Assembly: GCA_964356915.1 (NCBI GenBank)
Contig: CAYHJF010000001.1
Coordinates: 4,664 to 68,663 of the forward strand
Direction: 5' to 3'
Length of the DNA stretch: 64,000 nucleotides
Source of the DNA: an uncultured Candidatus Saccharibacteria bacterium
GTDB lineage: Bacteria > Patescibacteriota > Minisyncoccia > Ryanbacterales > GWA2-47-10b
The position numbers and the translations under genes were made by a program. Under the pieces are notes generated by a model, which saw only the letters and a list, made by a program, of their open reading frames with translations, was not told the origin of the DNA and made no database searches. Numbering within the stretch: the stretch's first letter is position 1; the number at the start of each line of letters is the position of its first letter. Positions 53,704 to 63,682 of the stretch are shown piece by piece.

Positions 53704-53739
53704 AGAAAATACCCCTATTTTATAGAGGTATTTTCTTTA
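53704..53739 (-). terminator. Terminator downstream of the tRNA-Ile locus
   Basis: AGAAAATACC / GGTATTTTCT inverted repeat. Confidence 0.6.
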
Positions 53740-53745
53740 TAGCAG

Positions 53746-53970
53746 TCCGCTCCCCTGGACTCGAACCAGGAACCGCCGAGGTATATCTACGATCTGGAAG
53801 GTTCGCTCGGATCAACTGCAAATGTATATCCGCCTGCTTGGACTCGAACCAAGAACCCCCGAGGTATAAGCTCGGTGCTCTAACCATTGAGCTACAGGCG
53901 GACGCACATTTTCAATAATCATTCGCTGCCTTCCATAAGCTCAGTGCTCTAACCATTGAGCTAGGAGCGG
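53746..53970 (-). tRNA. Interrupted tRNA-Ile(TAT): 5' half 53935-53970, 3' half 53746-53782, 152-nt insert
   Basis: Joined halves give a 73-nt cloverleaf: CCGCTCC/GGAGCGG, CTGAG-CTTATAC-CTCGG, CCTGG-TTCGAGT-CCAGG. Confidence 0.85.
53829..53901 (-). tRNA. Intact tRNA-Ile(TAT) nested inside the interrupted tRNA-Ile
   Basis: CCGCCTG/CAGGCGG, CCGAG-CTTATAC-CTCGG, CTTGG-TTCGAGT-CCAAG; 73 nt. Confidence 0.93.
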
Positions 53971-54002
53971 ATACGGACTATCACTAGTATAGTCCGCTCG
54001 AG

Positions 54003-55820
54003 CTATGCCGCAACCATCTTAGCAAACTCATCGCGCTCGATTGTTTCGTATTGAATGAGATGCTGTGCGATTGTTTCCAATTTTTCTCGGCGCGTCATAA
54101 GAATCTTTTTCGCTGACTCGTACGCCTTTTTCATGAATGACTGAACTTCTCTATCTATTTCTGAGGCAGTTTCTTCAGAAAAATTACGCTCTGAATGTAT
54201 CTCGCGTCCCAAAAATACCATGTCTGATTGCTCGCCAAATGTAATAGGACCGAGTTTCTTTGACATACCATATCGTTGGACCATATTGCGCGCGAGTGCA
54301 CTTGCCTTACGAATATCATCGGAAGCTCCCGTAGTCATCTCACCAAAAATAATTTCTTCGGCTGCATACCCACCAAGTGAAACCGCGAGTTCATCTAAGA
54401 AATGCTCGCGCGTATGAAGATGGCGATCGTGATCAGGTAATTTGAGCGTGTATCCAAGCGCGCGGCCACGAGAGATAATAGTCACCTTGTGAACAGGATC
54501 AGCATTTGGCAACGATGCGGCAACAAGCGCGTGTCCTGCCTCATGGTATGCTGTGATCTTTTTCTCTTTTTCTGTCAGAACAAAACTTTTGCGTTCAGGA
54601 CCCAAGAGCACCTTATCAATCGACTTCAAAATATCTTGCTCCGAAATTTCTTTTTTACTTGAACGAGCGGCAAGGATTGCTGCCTCATTGATAAGATTTT
54701 CAAGATCAGCGCCGGAAAATCCTGGAGTACGCTCCGCAACACGCTTGAGTCGTACACCAGACGCGAGAGGCTTTTGATGAGAGTGCACAGTCAAAATTGC
54801 TTCACGTTGCTTGATATCTGGCAAATCAAGAATAACACGGCGGTCAAAGCGCCCAGGACGCAATAATGCCGGATCTAATACGTCAGGACGATTTGTCGCA
54901 GCCATAATAATCACTTGATCGCGCGATTCAAAGCCATCCATCTCAACAAGGATTTGGTTCAATGTCTGCTCTCGCTCATCATGGCCACCGCCAAGCCCCG
55001 CGCCTCGCTGGCGACCAATCGCATCAATCTCATCAATAAAGATAATCGCGGGAGCAGCTTTTTTGCACGCGCGGAATAAATCGCGCACGCGTGATGCTCC
55101 GACTCCAACAAACATTTCAACAAACTCAGAAGCCGCGATATGAAAGAATGGTACACCCGCTTCTCCGGCAACCGCTCGAGCAAGCAAAGTCTTTCCTGTG
55201 CCCGGAGCTCCCATAAGAAGTACGCCTCGAGGAATGCGCGCACCGATATCAAAGAATTTTTTTGGATGCCGTAAAAATTCTACGATCTCTTTCAACTCCT
55301 CTTTCGCTTCATCAACACCAGCAACATCCTTAAAAAGAACTCTCTCTTTTGTATTATCAGGCGTAATTACTCGAGCGCGTGACTGACCAAATCCAAACGT
55401 CTGAACGTTGGCACGATTTACCTGACGACCCATGTACCAGAAAAATCCTACAAAAAAGAGAATCGTGATGAGTGTTGGAAGCGTCGCTCCAAGCCAAAAA
55501 AAGATACCTGATGGATTTTTTTCCGAGTGCGTAAAGCTCGCAAGCTTTTCTTGCGGAACACCGACATTTACCAATGTTTCAGTTAATGATGAACCCTCTT
55601 CTTTTTTAGATGTTCTTTTGGAATCATCCTTTAGGGTCACAAGTAAATCATTACCGGTAACAGCGATCTCTTTTACTTCATCCGCCTTAATCTTCTGCAC
55701 GAGCTCAGATAACGCAATATCTTGTACCTTTTGTGTGGAGCCAGCAACCATAGACCAAGCAAACGCAATCCCGATCAATATCAAGAAAACATAAGCGAAC
55801 TGTTTTGCAAAAATTCTCAT
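54003..55820 (-). CDS. ftsH: ATP-dependent zinc metalloprotease FtsH
   Basis: [38 protein letters not shown]. Confidence 0.98.
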   Translation of the reverse strand: MRIFAKQFAYVFLILIGIAFAWSMVAGSTQKVQDIALSELVQKIKADEVKEIAVTGNDLLVTLKDDSKRTSKKEEGSSLTETLVNVGVPQEKLASFTHSEKNPSGIFFWLGATLPTLITILFFVGFFWYMGRQVNRANVQTFGFGQSRARVITPDNTKERVLFKDVAGVDEAKEELKEIVEFLRHPKKFFDIGARIPRGVLLMGAPGTGKTLLARAVAGEAGVPFFHIAASEFVEMFVGVGASRVRDLFRACKKAAPAIIFIDEIDAIGRQRGAGLGGGHDEREQTLNQILVEMDGFESRDQVIIMAATNRPDVLDPALLRPGRFDRRVILDLPDIKQREAILTVHSHQKPLASGVRLKRVAERTPGFSGADLENLINEAAILAARSSKKEISEQDILKSIDKVLLGPERKSFVLTEKEKKITAYHEAGHALVAASLPNADPVHKVTIISRGRALGYTLKLPDHDRHLHTREHFLDELAVSLGGYAAEEIIFGEMTTGASDDIRKASALARNMVQRYGMSKKLGPITFGEQSDMVFLGREIHSERNFSEETASEIDREVQSFMKKAYESAKKILMTRREKLETIAQHLIQYETIERDEFAKMVAA

Positions 55821-55904
55821 ACTCTCCGGAGTATATCAAAAACTCCCTAAAAAATAAAACGGCCCCGTCATCGCCATATTGCGATGCGGGGCACAGAAAG
55901 GATA

Positions 55905-56594
55905 TTACGCAGCCTCGTGCGGAAACGTCTCTATGGCGGACCAGAGCCCGTCGGCATACCGAACGAGAAAGCGCGGCAGTGTATCACCGATATTTGAAAC
56001 AAGGTTTACGGTATGCTTGATGACACCATCATCCTGATTGGGATTCGCCCACACGTGCGCATAGTCCCACGTCGCAAACAAAAACGTGGTAAGCACCTCA
56101 TGAAGCACGATCTCTTCGGGCGACTTGGTGAAACCAAGAACGATAACCGATTTGCCTTCGCGTTTCCCAGGCTCCAGATGACAGTCCGTCACCTTGAAAC
56201 CTATGGCAGCCAACTCGATGAGTAGATCGTTAACGGAAACACCGTCCTTAAGACCTCCCTCACCAAATACTGGTGTACCGGAAGCCTTACCAAACCTGTA
56301 GGCGTTCGGGTCGATACCGGCCCACCGCGCGCGCTCGACATGACGTCGCTCATCTTCTGCGCGATTCTCACGAGGTGACCAGACAACACCGGCCTCGCGC
56401 AGAAGTTCGGCTTGCTCGTCTTCGATCGTGTACCGAATGATGATGACGCTCGGTGCGGGAGCACGCTCGGTCGGTTGATCGCGATGTTTTCGGCACGCTG
56501 CCGTGAGACTTATAATGGGCATGATCGAGCGACATCGCCCAATTCCATTCTGATAAATACACGCGTACTGATGCTGAACGGGGACTTCGGACAC
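55905..56594 (-). CDS. Hypothetical protein with an N-terminal C-C-C-H motif
   Basis: GGAGG RBS + GTG at 56594; TTGACA-17-TAAGGT upstream; raised GC. Confidence 0.7.
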   Translation of the reverse strand: MSEVPVQHQYACIYQNGIGRCRSIMPIISLTAACRKHRDQPTERAPAPSVIIIRYTIEDEQAELLREAGVVWSPRENRAEDERRHVERARWAGIDPNAYRFGKASGTPVFGEGGLKDGVSVNDLLIELAAIGFKVTDCHLEPGKREGKSVIVLGFTKSPEEIVLHEVLTTFLFATWDYAHVWANPNQDDGVIKHTVNLVSNIGDTLPRFLVRYADGLWSAIETFPHEAA

Positions 56595-56741
56595 AGGACC
56601 TCCTTGTTTAAGGGACAAAAGTTCAAAAGAACCTTATCATATAATTGAATATTTGTCAATATCTTCCGCTCTCAGCCACGCTCACCAAAAAATACAAAAA
56701 AAATCCGGCTCACTGCCGGAATTTTCTTTCATATTATCTTA

Positions 56742-59700
56742 TTATTCCTTTGGAGAACGTCCTGGCTGTATATAATTAAAAGCTGGATCATGATTAAGTC
56801 TACCAAAACCTGTCGGACCATCGTTAATATCAAGCCCTCGTACAGGATTTTTACCGCGTAAGCCATCTGTATATTCTGCTACGTGACGTACTACCCGATC
56901 ATAAAGATGTCGCTTTGTCTCAGAAAACACGCGCCCGTCATCATCAAGTCCACGCATGACCTCCACTATAACGCGGCGCTTTTTATCAAACACTCGAACA
57001 ACATCTAACTCCCCGTCCATCTTTCCATCAGCGTCTGGCAAATCAAATCCTTCGATGCGGTCAAAAACCTTAAAGTTTTTCCATTCGGGACGCCCGCGAT
57101 CAAGTGCGTACCCCTTAAAATATGATGTTAAATCAACACGACCCGTAACTGCTCCATCTGGATGAATATATGTCTCCCATGCTGCTCCCTCAAATGGATT
57201 TTTTTCGAGACCATATGTAATCTCTGAGTGCTCGCCAACATTACCAAGGAGCGTTTCGCCCTCCGGCAACCCCGAAACGCTAGGTTCAAAAACATTATTT
57301 GTATCTGTGTTTGGCTGATCGAGTAACCCATCATCATTTGTCGGAACAACCTGCTCTCCTGGAGTTGATACTGCTACTTCGGGCGCTAAAACGCGTTGCG
57401 ACATTGTATGTACTCTTCCGCCTTCAGGAATATGTCCCGAACGCACGTCTCCTTTTGGAGAAAAGATTTCATAATCTCCGGCGGAATTTACTTTCAGCAC
57501 ATCTCCGGCATGTACAAGATTTGGCACGCGATCGTGAAGTACAAGATTGAAATCTTTCTTAGGGATCTTACTTAATATTCCATTGAGAACTTCGGGTTTA
57601 CTCATGTCGGGATCTGTGTGATGCTGTTCGCTCCATCCCTTTATCGCACGCTGTAATATATCGTGAGCTTGCCATGATTCAGGTGACTTGGGGTCAAAGT
57701 GAGCGCCACCCTTTTGCCCATACTCAACAAGATATTCCCCCACGACACGACGACTTACTAAACGCTCAATATCCGCGATCTTCAAACTACCCGGCTCAAC
57801 ACCAAGATATTTTGCTACACCCTCAGGACTTCTCTTATATAACTCAACGAGCGCCCTAATTGGAGAATCGCCCTTCTGAAGGGTATATGTTTCAAGCACA
57901 AACGATCCTGCGCTCGATTCATAATTAGGCTGCAATGAATCCAACGCTGTCTCCATCTCGGGCGTATAGTATCGTGGGGTGGCACCATATTTTGCAAGAA
58001 GTGCCTCAAGTATATGTTCACGTGTCACATCTCCAGTTGGCGAACAAACTAAATCTAACTTTCCTTCACGTAAAAAATAATCGTATTGTTCGCCAACCAT
58101 GCGAAAATCATTATCAAGCTCTCCAATTTCTGCTTTAAAGTCAGCGATCTGAACTTTATATTGCCCTGCCTGTTCTACATTTGTCTGAGTATCGGCAAGC
58201 CATCTTTGGAGCTCCTCTATCTTGCCGTTTCGTGATGCCATATTCCGCTCAATCTCATCCATACTATTCCGCAAAACACACGCGACTGCTTCGCGTTTTG
58301 CGCCAAGTTTTGAAACCGCTGCTTCCATCGCATCACTATATACTTCGGAATGAGATGCTGTGGGGTGTTGAACAAATGCTCCGACAGCAGAACCCGACCC
58401 ATGAGCTTCTATCGGATTAATAAATACGCCGTCTACAGAAGCTGGACGTTCTCCGCTAAATGCACCACCCGCTGAACCTCGCCCCATAGGAGCTACAAAT
58501 GAACCGCCAGCCGATCCTCGCTCAATAAACGTACCATCTGCTGAACCAGAATTTTCATCCAAAAATGCAGGGGGAGGATACCCGATAGAACCAGAGCTAC
58601 CTCCAGATGGAGGAACCGCACCGCCTCCACCAGAACCCATTATCCCGCCGTGCTCTGCCTGTCCATCGATCATGCGCGAAAGATAGTTACTTGCCGTCGA
58701 GAAACCCTTTTTTATAATCGGCACACCTTCTCGTACAGCGGTCTTCGCTCCCTCCACCACATGATAATCGAGGTCAGTCAGAGGATGACGATCAAAAAAT
58801 GAATATATGTTACTCCAAAACTTTAACCCAGCGCCCGCAGTAAGTCCGAGCGTTGCTCCTTTACCACCCTTCTCAAGAGTATATGCTCGCGCTGAATGAA
58901 GATCGACAACGCCTGCCTGTGAAATCATATTATCTGCATCGCGCAAAAATGACGCGTGAATGCGCATAACGCGCGCGAGCGCCTCATCTTTTTCAGTTCG
59001 CGATCGATGTGGGTTTTCTTCAATCGCCTGCACGCGTCCCGCAATCCAATCAGCGCGCGAACGCACATAACGATCCATGACGCGCTGAGTAAACGCAAAC
59101 GCGCTATATCCTTGTTCTCGTCGCCCCAATCGCTCCGCAATATTTGCCGCACTTTTCTTCTCGTATGTTTTACCTAAAGCTTCCGCACTCACTGGTCCGC
59201 CAGCAGAAGATTTTTTTGCTTCTTCATACAAAGCCCACGCTTCTTCAGCAGCTTCGTCTGCATCCTTTACGCGCAGCTCATCTTCTATATATGTTTCATT
59301 TTTAAAGCGCGCACCTTTTGCAGTCTCCCCAACTCGTCCCGCACTCATAGCAAGCATAAAAGGAGGCACTGCGTATCCTGCAGCGATTGCGCCCCATCGA
59401 AGCGGTTTACCTACAAGTGATCCGATACTCCCTACCCCGTACATCGCCTTGCGTACCGTACCCATATCTTCGTATGACAATCGTGACTTTTGTGTACGCT
59501 CAGCATTTTTATATGCGCCGTCACGAAGTTCTATCAAAAATCTTCCAACACTACTCTTTCTATATCGAGAAGGAATACGCTCGGCGATCGCATTGGTAAC
59601 CCACCCAAACCCTCGCTCAATATTTTCATTCAACCGATTCCCCAAATGGACAACGCCACGAGTCATGTCATCGCGACGCTTCGTATCAGCCGCTTGAGCA

Positions 59701-60329
59701 ACTTGCTCCCATGTCATTCCTACCGCATCCTGTATATTTATCTTTTTTTGTTCGATACCACGCGCGATCTCTGACCAGCTTTGCGCAAAATTAATTGGAC
59801 GAGGCGCTTCTGCCTGAACCGGCATCGATTCGGGTGCGACTATTGCCTCTGTAGCTGAAACTGGGCTTTCAACAACGATGCCTTCTGGAGCTGCTTTAGC
59901 AGAAACAGGATTTAAAACTTCTGAAACTTTTGGTACCTCTGGAACTATTGTTTTTTGCTCGAGTTGCTGAGTATTGAGCGTTGTATTTGTAACTACAGTA
60001 GAAGCTCCTGATGTCGTCGTGGAAGGCGCGGAAACCGTCGGATTAATTCTTTGCTTTTCCTCTTCACGCTTTTTTGCAATTGCTTCAGCAATACCTGCAA
60101 ACGATGCTGGGCTTACAGGTAAAATATCATCCGTATCAAGTACCGGAGCATTCTCAGGAAGACCCGCTCCTTTTGTTACTCGCACTCCTTCTGGCGCAAT
60201 CGTAATATCAGGAGCATCGATATGCTCCGCTTGTTCACGAATCTGTCCCGTAAGCGCCTCTAAATCTGCATCGGGCGCAATATCAGGACGTTCTTGTTCT
60301 GGCACGTTTGTCGACGGACCTTCATTCAT
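56742..60329 (-). CDS. Large hypothetical protein (1195 aa) with Gly-rich repeats, a coiled coil and split LysM-like motifs
   Basis: Long ORF; GSAxGxF repeats; YTLQKGDS ... PNLVHAGDVLKV. Confidence 0.85.
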   Translation of the reverse strand: MNEGPSTNVPEQERPDIAPDADLEALTGQIREQAEHIDAPDITIAPEGVRVTKGAGLPENAPVLDTDDILPVSPASFAGIAEAIAKKREEEKQRINPTVSAPSTTTSGASTVVTNTTLNTQQLEQKTIVPEVPKVSEVLNPVSAKAAPEGIVVESPVSATEAIVAPESMPVQAEAPRPINFAQSWSEIARGIEQKKINIQDAVGMTWEQVAQAADTKRRDDMTRGVVHLGNRLNENIERGFGWVTNAIAERIPSRYRKSSVGRFLIELRDGAYKNAERTQKSRLSYEDMGTVRKAMYGVGSIGSLVGKPLRWGAIAAGYAVPPFMLAMSAGRVGETAKGARFKNETYIEDELRVKDADEAAEEAWALYEEAKKSSAGGPVSAEALGKTYEKKSAANIAERLGRREQGYSAFAFTQRVMDRYVRSRADWIAGRVQAIEENPHRSRTEKDEALARVMRIHASFLRDADNMISQAGVVDLHSARAYTLEKGGKGATLGLTAGAGLKFWSNIYSFFDRHPLTDLDYHVVEGAKTAVREGVPIIKKGFSTASNYLSRMIDGQAEHGGIMGSGGGGAVPPSGGSSGSIGYPPPAFLDENSGSADGTFIERGSAGGSFVAPMGRGSAGGAFSGERPASVDGVFINPIEAHGSGSAVGAFVQHPTASHSEVYSDAMEAAVSKLGAKREAVACVLRNSMDEIERNMASRNGKIEELQRWLADTQTNVEQAGQYKVQIADFKAEIGELDNDFRMVGEQYDYFLREGKLDLVCSPTGDVTREHILEALLAKYGATPRYYTPEMETALDSLQPNYESSAGSFVLETYTLQKGDSPIRALVELYKRSPEGVAKYLGVEPGSLKIADIERLVSRRVVGEYLVEYGQKGGAHFDPKSPESWQAHDILQRAIKGWSEQHHTDPDMSKPEVLNGILSKIPKKDFNLVLHDRVPNLVHAGDVLKVNSAGDYEIFSPKGDVRSGHIPEGGRVHTMSQRVLAPEVAVSTPGEQVVPTNDDGLLDQPNTDTNNVFEPSVSGLPEGETLLGNVGEHSEITYGLEKNPFEGAAWETYIHPDGAVTGRVDLTSYFKGYALDRGRPEWKNFKVFDRIEGFDLPDADGKMDGELDVVRVFDKKRRVIVEVMRGLDDDGRVFSETKRHLYDRVVRHVAEYTDGLRGKNPVRGLDINDGPTGFGRLNHDPAFNYIQPGRSPKE

Positions 60330-60419
60330 ACTGTGTAGTATATCAAAGTAAAATATAAATTGACATGAAAAAAATCTGTGGGGAAAAATTTCTCACAGAT
60401 TATTTAAAAAAATCCCGCC

Positions 60420-60460
60420 TAAAAACGAAACGCCCCGAGAAGATTGCTCTTCTCGGGGGC
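60420..60460 (-). terminator. Intrinsic terminator of the high-GC gene
   Basis: CCCCGAGAAGA-GCAA-TCTTCTCGGGG followed by a T-rich tail. Confidence 0.75.
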
Positions 60461-60517
60461 TGGGTCTTCGCGCGTTGACGAAGAACGTTGAGTTGATGTT
60501 GTTGTTGCTGGTGTCGG

Positions 60518-62029
60518 TCAGCTCGCCGTGGACGCCTGAGCGTCTTCGGAGCGCTGCTGATGCTTGCCGCCGGAACGCCGAGCCTGCGGGTTGGCCGCGT
60601 TGGCGACCATACGCTCCTTGAGGGAGGTGAAGATCGCACAGAACGGCTCGGGCAGATCGGCCACGAGGGTGAAGTCGGCGACCTTGCCGACCGCCTCGTC
60701 CCACTGGGCTTCGTTGTGGTCCACGATGCGGACCTTGCCGTCCCCGTCGCACTCGACGAGGAAGTCACACGCCACGGCGATGTCGCTGTCCTTCAGATAG
60801 ATGACGGCCGTACCCTTCTTCCCGTCGACGATGACGTCGTGGGCGTTGAGCGTGGCATCACCGCGCAGGTTCTTGCGAGCGCCCTTGTCGGCGCCGTCGA
60901 CCTTCTTGGTGCGGGCACGTTCGGCGCGCTGTTCGGCCGCGTGGAGTACCCGCTGGAGCATCTTCATCGTGACGATCATCGCCGTGAACGCTTCCTGCGG
61001 CAGACGCCGAGGGAAGTTGAGCTGGCCGTCGACGAGAGCGGTGACCGGGATGCCGAGACGAGTCTCGGCGGCGCGTTCGACCACACCCTTGCTGCGACCG
61101 ACCGCGGTGATGGGGAAGATCTCCCCGTCCTTGATCGTGATCTTGATGTCGGCGGCCGGATAGAACCGATTGGTAGCCTGCTCTCCAGGAACGTGCACCA
61201 CGATGGTGCTCTCCCGCTGCTCGTTGACGCAGGCGTTGACCGCCTGCTCGAGCGTGAGCTCGTCGGCACCCTCCTTGAGTACCGCGACCTCGATCGCGAT
61301 CTCATCGCGCCGCTTGGCGTCGAGCTTGCCGGAGATCTCGCGAAGTCCGGAGAAGATGGCCGCGATCATGCTGGCAGGAAGGTCACACACGAGGAGCTGA
61401 CGCTCCCAGCGGTTTCCACCCATGTCGATCGTGACGCCGTGCGTCTCGCGACGATTCTCGACCGTGACCGGAAGCTGCACGCCCCGAGACACGTCCGTAC
61501 CGTTGTCCGCCTTCCGCCAGAACCCGAGCCGAAGCCCGAGATCCGCGATGAAGTTGAGAGCCGAGCGCGCCGCCATCTCACCGTCTTCGGTGGTGATGTC
61601 GAACGCACCGGTCACATCTTCGGTCTCGCCGGGCTTGCTCTCGCTCGGCATCTTGAACTCGCCCGTGCGGACGATCTCGACGACGCCGCCGATGAGCGCG
61701 ACCGTGAGGTCAGCGCGGCCCGGCTTGGTCGGCCAGGCCTTGATGTAGGACACGAGGACCTGATCGACCTGGACCCAGAGCTGCTCGACGACGTTGCGAT
61801 ACGTCGCGGGATCGGCGAGCGAGCTGACGATCAGGATGACGTTCTCCGTGATCGTTGCCATGCTCTGCGTGAGCGTGGCCGTGAGCTGCCGGATTCCGAC
61901 CGGCGTGAGCAGATCGAGCTTCCCGAGTGCCGGAGGAATCCTCAGGCCACCGACGGTGACCGAGGCACCCACCTTGCCGATCTCGGCGAGGCTCTTGACG
62001 ACGTTTCCGTTGCGATCGTGCTTCTTCAT
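60518..62029 (-). CDS. Hypothetical protein (503 aa), anomalously GC-rich
   Basis: GGAGGA RBS, G/C-ending codons, promoter and terminator on the same strand. Confidence 0.85.
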   Translation of the reverse strand: MKKHDRNGNVVKSLAEIGKVGASVTVGGLRIPPALGKLDLLTPVGIRQLTATLTQSMATITENVILIVSSLADPATYRNVVEQLWVQVDQVLVSYIKAWPTKPGRADLTVALIGGVVEIVRTGEFKMPSESKPGETEDVTGAFDITTEDGEMAARSALNFIADLGLRLGFWRKADNGTDVSRGVQLPVTVENRRETHGVTIDMGGNRWERQLLVCDLPASMIAAIFSGLREISGKLDAKRRDEIAIEVAVLKEGADELTLEQAVNACVNEQRESTIVVHVPGEQATNRFYPAADIKITIKDGEIFPITAVGRSKGVVERAAETRLGIPVTALVDGQLNFPRRLPQEAFTAMIVTMKMLQRVLHAAEQRAERARTKKVDGADKGARKNLRGDATLNAHDVIVDGKKGTAVIYLKDSDIAVACDFLVECDGDGKVRIVDHNEAQWDEAVGKVADFTLVADLPEPFCAIFTSLKERMVANAANPQARRSGGKHQQRSEDAQASTAS

Positions 62030-62206
62030 GACATTCCTCCAATTGTTCCCTCTTTTACCCGGCCGCTGTGCGGTTGTTTTTGAGTAAAAGAGTTTTGTCG
62101 ATGAACACGGTCTCCGATATGGATATACCGCTTGCTACAACAACATATTGTGAAGAACTTCTCCCTCCCGTTTGGTATATCGGGCAAGAGCTTTAAGTTC
62201 GTTAGC

Positions 62207-62235
62207 ATTATAACAAAAATAAAAGAACCTGTCAA
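62207..62235 (-). promoter_or_regulatory. Consensus sigma70 promoter with extended -10
   Basis: TTGACA GGTTCTTTTATTTTTGT TATAAT (17-nt spacer, TGn). Confidence 0.8.
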
Positions 62236-62254
62236 GTATATCTGACAGGTTCAC

Positions 62255-63682
62255 TTAGATCTGATATTCGGCCCCTAACAGGGCTTTTGTCACGCCCCCT
62301 CCATGCTGGGCTATCGCTGCATCCATATTTTCCTCGCTACCATGAGTGAGAAAAGTCTCGCGCGGCTGCAACTGTTCAATCATCTGCCCAAGACCATGCG
62401 CATCCATATGAGCAGAAAGCGTGAAATTTTGCATCGCAGCACTAAGCTGAACTCGTTTGCCGCAAAAGGTAACAGTTTCTCCACGACGAACGCGCAGAAG
62501 CATTCCTCCTGGAGAACATGGGTCTTGATACGATGTGAGCGCGATGAGGTTTTCTCTTTTCCCTGCTAGCGCTGCAGCATATTGAACCGCATGTCCACCC
62601 GAAAGCATCCCGCTTGGCGCGATTGCCACGAGTGGATGCGTTCCACTGGTAATTCGCCGCCGATCGGACGGACTAGAGATAAAATAGTTTCTCATCTCAG
62701 GCGGTGCAGCCCCATGAGTAATATAGACTTCACCAGTATGACGCGCCGCGCCATCGATAAGCACGGGATACTGTCCAACCACTCCGTGCTTTTTCAAGAT
62801 CCACCATACTTCCGCAGAACGTGCGATCGCGAGTACAGGACAAAGCACCTTGCCTCCCGCTTCGAGACATTCGACGATCGCTTGAACGAACTCTCCTTCG
62901 AGCTCCTCACGTGATCGTGCAATACGCCCTGCGTATGTCGCCTCTGAGACAACGAAGTCAACTGGTAACTGCGGAAGAGTCGCCCCTCCAACAGTATGTT
63001 GATCATGGAAACAAATATCTCCTGAAAAAAATACGCGTGACGGCTTGGTCACCAAAACCGATATTGCACCTACGATATGTCCCGCGTGGTGAATTTCGAT
63101 TTCAAATGGGCCGACTTCGAGTCGATCGCCAGGCTTGATAATTTTGACGTGTCTGCGCAATGCATCAACATCAAACTCATCAAAGAGACACTGACGACCC
63201 TCTCTACGCGCAACTTTGATCGCATCCTTCCAACTCCATTCTCCGAGTTGATAGGTTGCTCGCGTCATATAGATAGTCGTGCGCGGGAAACGGCGACGCA
63301 GGTACGGCAACGCGCCCAAATGGTCAGCATGCCCGTGCGTTACGATTACAACCGTTCGCTCACATTCCTCAAATAGCGCCATGTCAGGCAAATACCCTTC
63401 GAAGAAAATATTTTCGTCGGGGCGAGAAATGACATTATTCAGTCTCGGCATAGTTGGCGGTAAACGCATACCTGCTCCGATATCCAGAAACTCTGGTTCA
63501 TCGGGGATCAGCATGATCTCTTCCGCGCGCCGCAACTGTTCTTCGACTGGCATCTGATATGCACCAAAATCAACACAAATCATTGTTGACGATTTTCGAT
63601 CACGAAGCGCGTAGGCACTTCCTCCGATTGGAGGCTTCTGCCCCATCGGATCGAGTGCCCCACCGAGTGGGACGAACTCCAT
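62255..63682 (-). CDS. MBL-fold beta-CASP ribonuclease
   Basis: VDFG, THGHADHLG, AGHIVG, FSGD, SEATY, SGML.GG, LSAH. Confidence 0.9.
   Translation of the reverse strand: MEFVPLGGALDPMGQKPPIGGSAYALRDRKSSTMICVDFGAYQMPVEEQLRRAEEIMLIPDEPEFLDIGAGMRLPPTMPRLNNVISRPDENIFFEGYLPDMALFEECERTVVIVTHGHADHLGALPYLRRRFPRTTIYMTRATYQLGEWSWKDAIKVARREGRQCLFDEFDVDALRRHVKIIKPGDRLEVGPFEIEIHHAGHIVGAISVLVTKPSRVFFSGDICFHDQHTVGGATLPQLPVDFVVSEATYAGRIARSREELEGEFVQAIVECLEAGGKVLCPVLAIARSAEVWWILKKHGVVGQYPVLIDGAARHTGEVYITHGAAPPEMRNYFISSPSDRRRITSGTHPLVAIAPSGMLSGGHAVQYAAALAGKRENLIALTSYQDPCSPGGMLLRVRRGETVTFCGKRVQLSAAMQNFTLSAHMDAHGLGQMIEQLQPRETFLTHGSEENMDAAIAQHGGGVTKALLGAEYQI

Noticed and set aside
53783-53934. Calling the insert a group I or group II intron, or an archaeal bulge-helix-bulge intron
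   Set aside because: Only 79 non-tRNA nt are present, no junction register gives a terminal G, the 5' end is not GUGYG, and I could not draw a canonical BHB
60560-62083. 507-aa plus-strand ORF antisense to the high-GC gene
   Set aside because: Shadow ORF caused by G/C-ending codons; the promoter, RBS and terminator all support the minus strand
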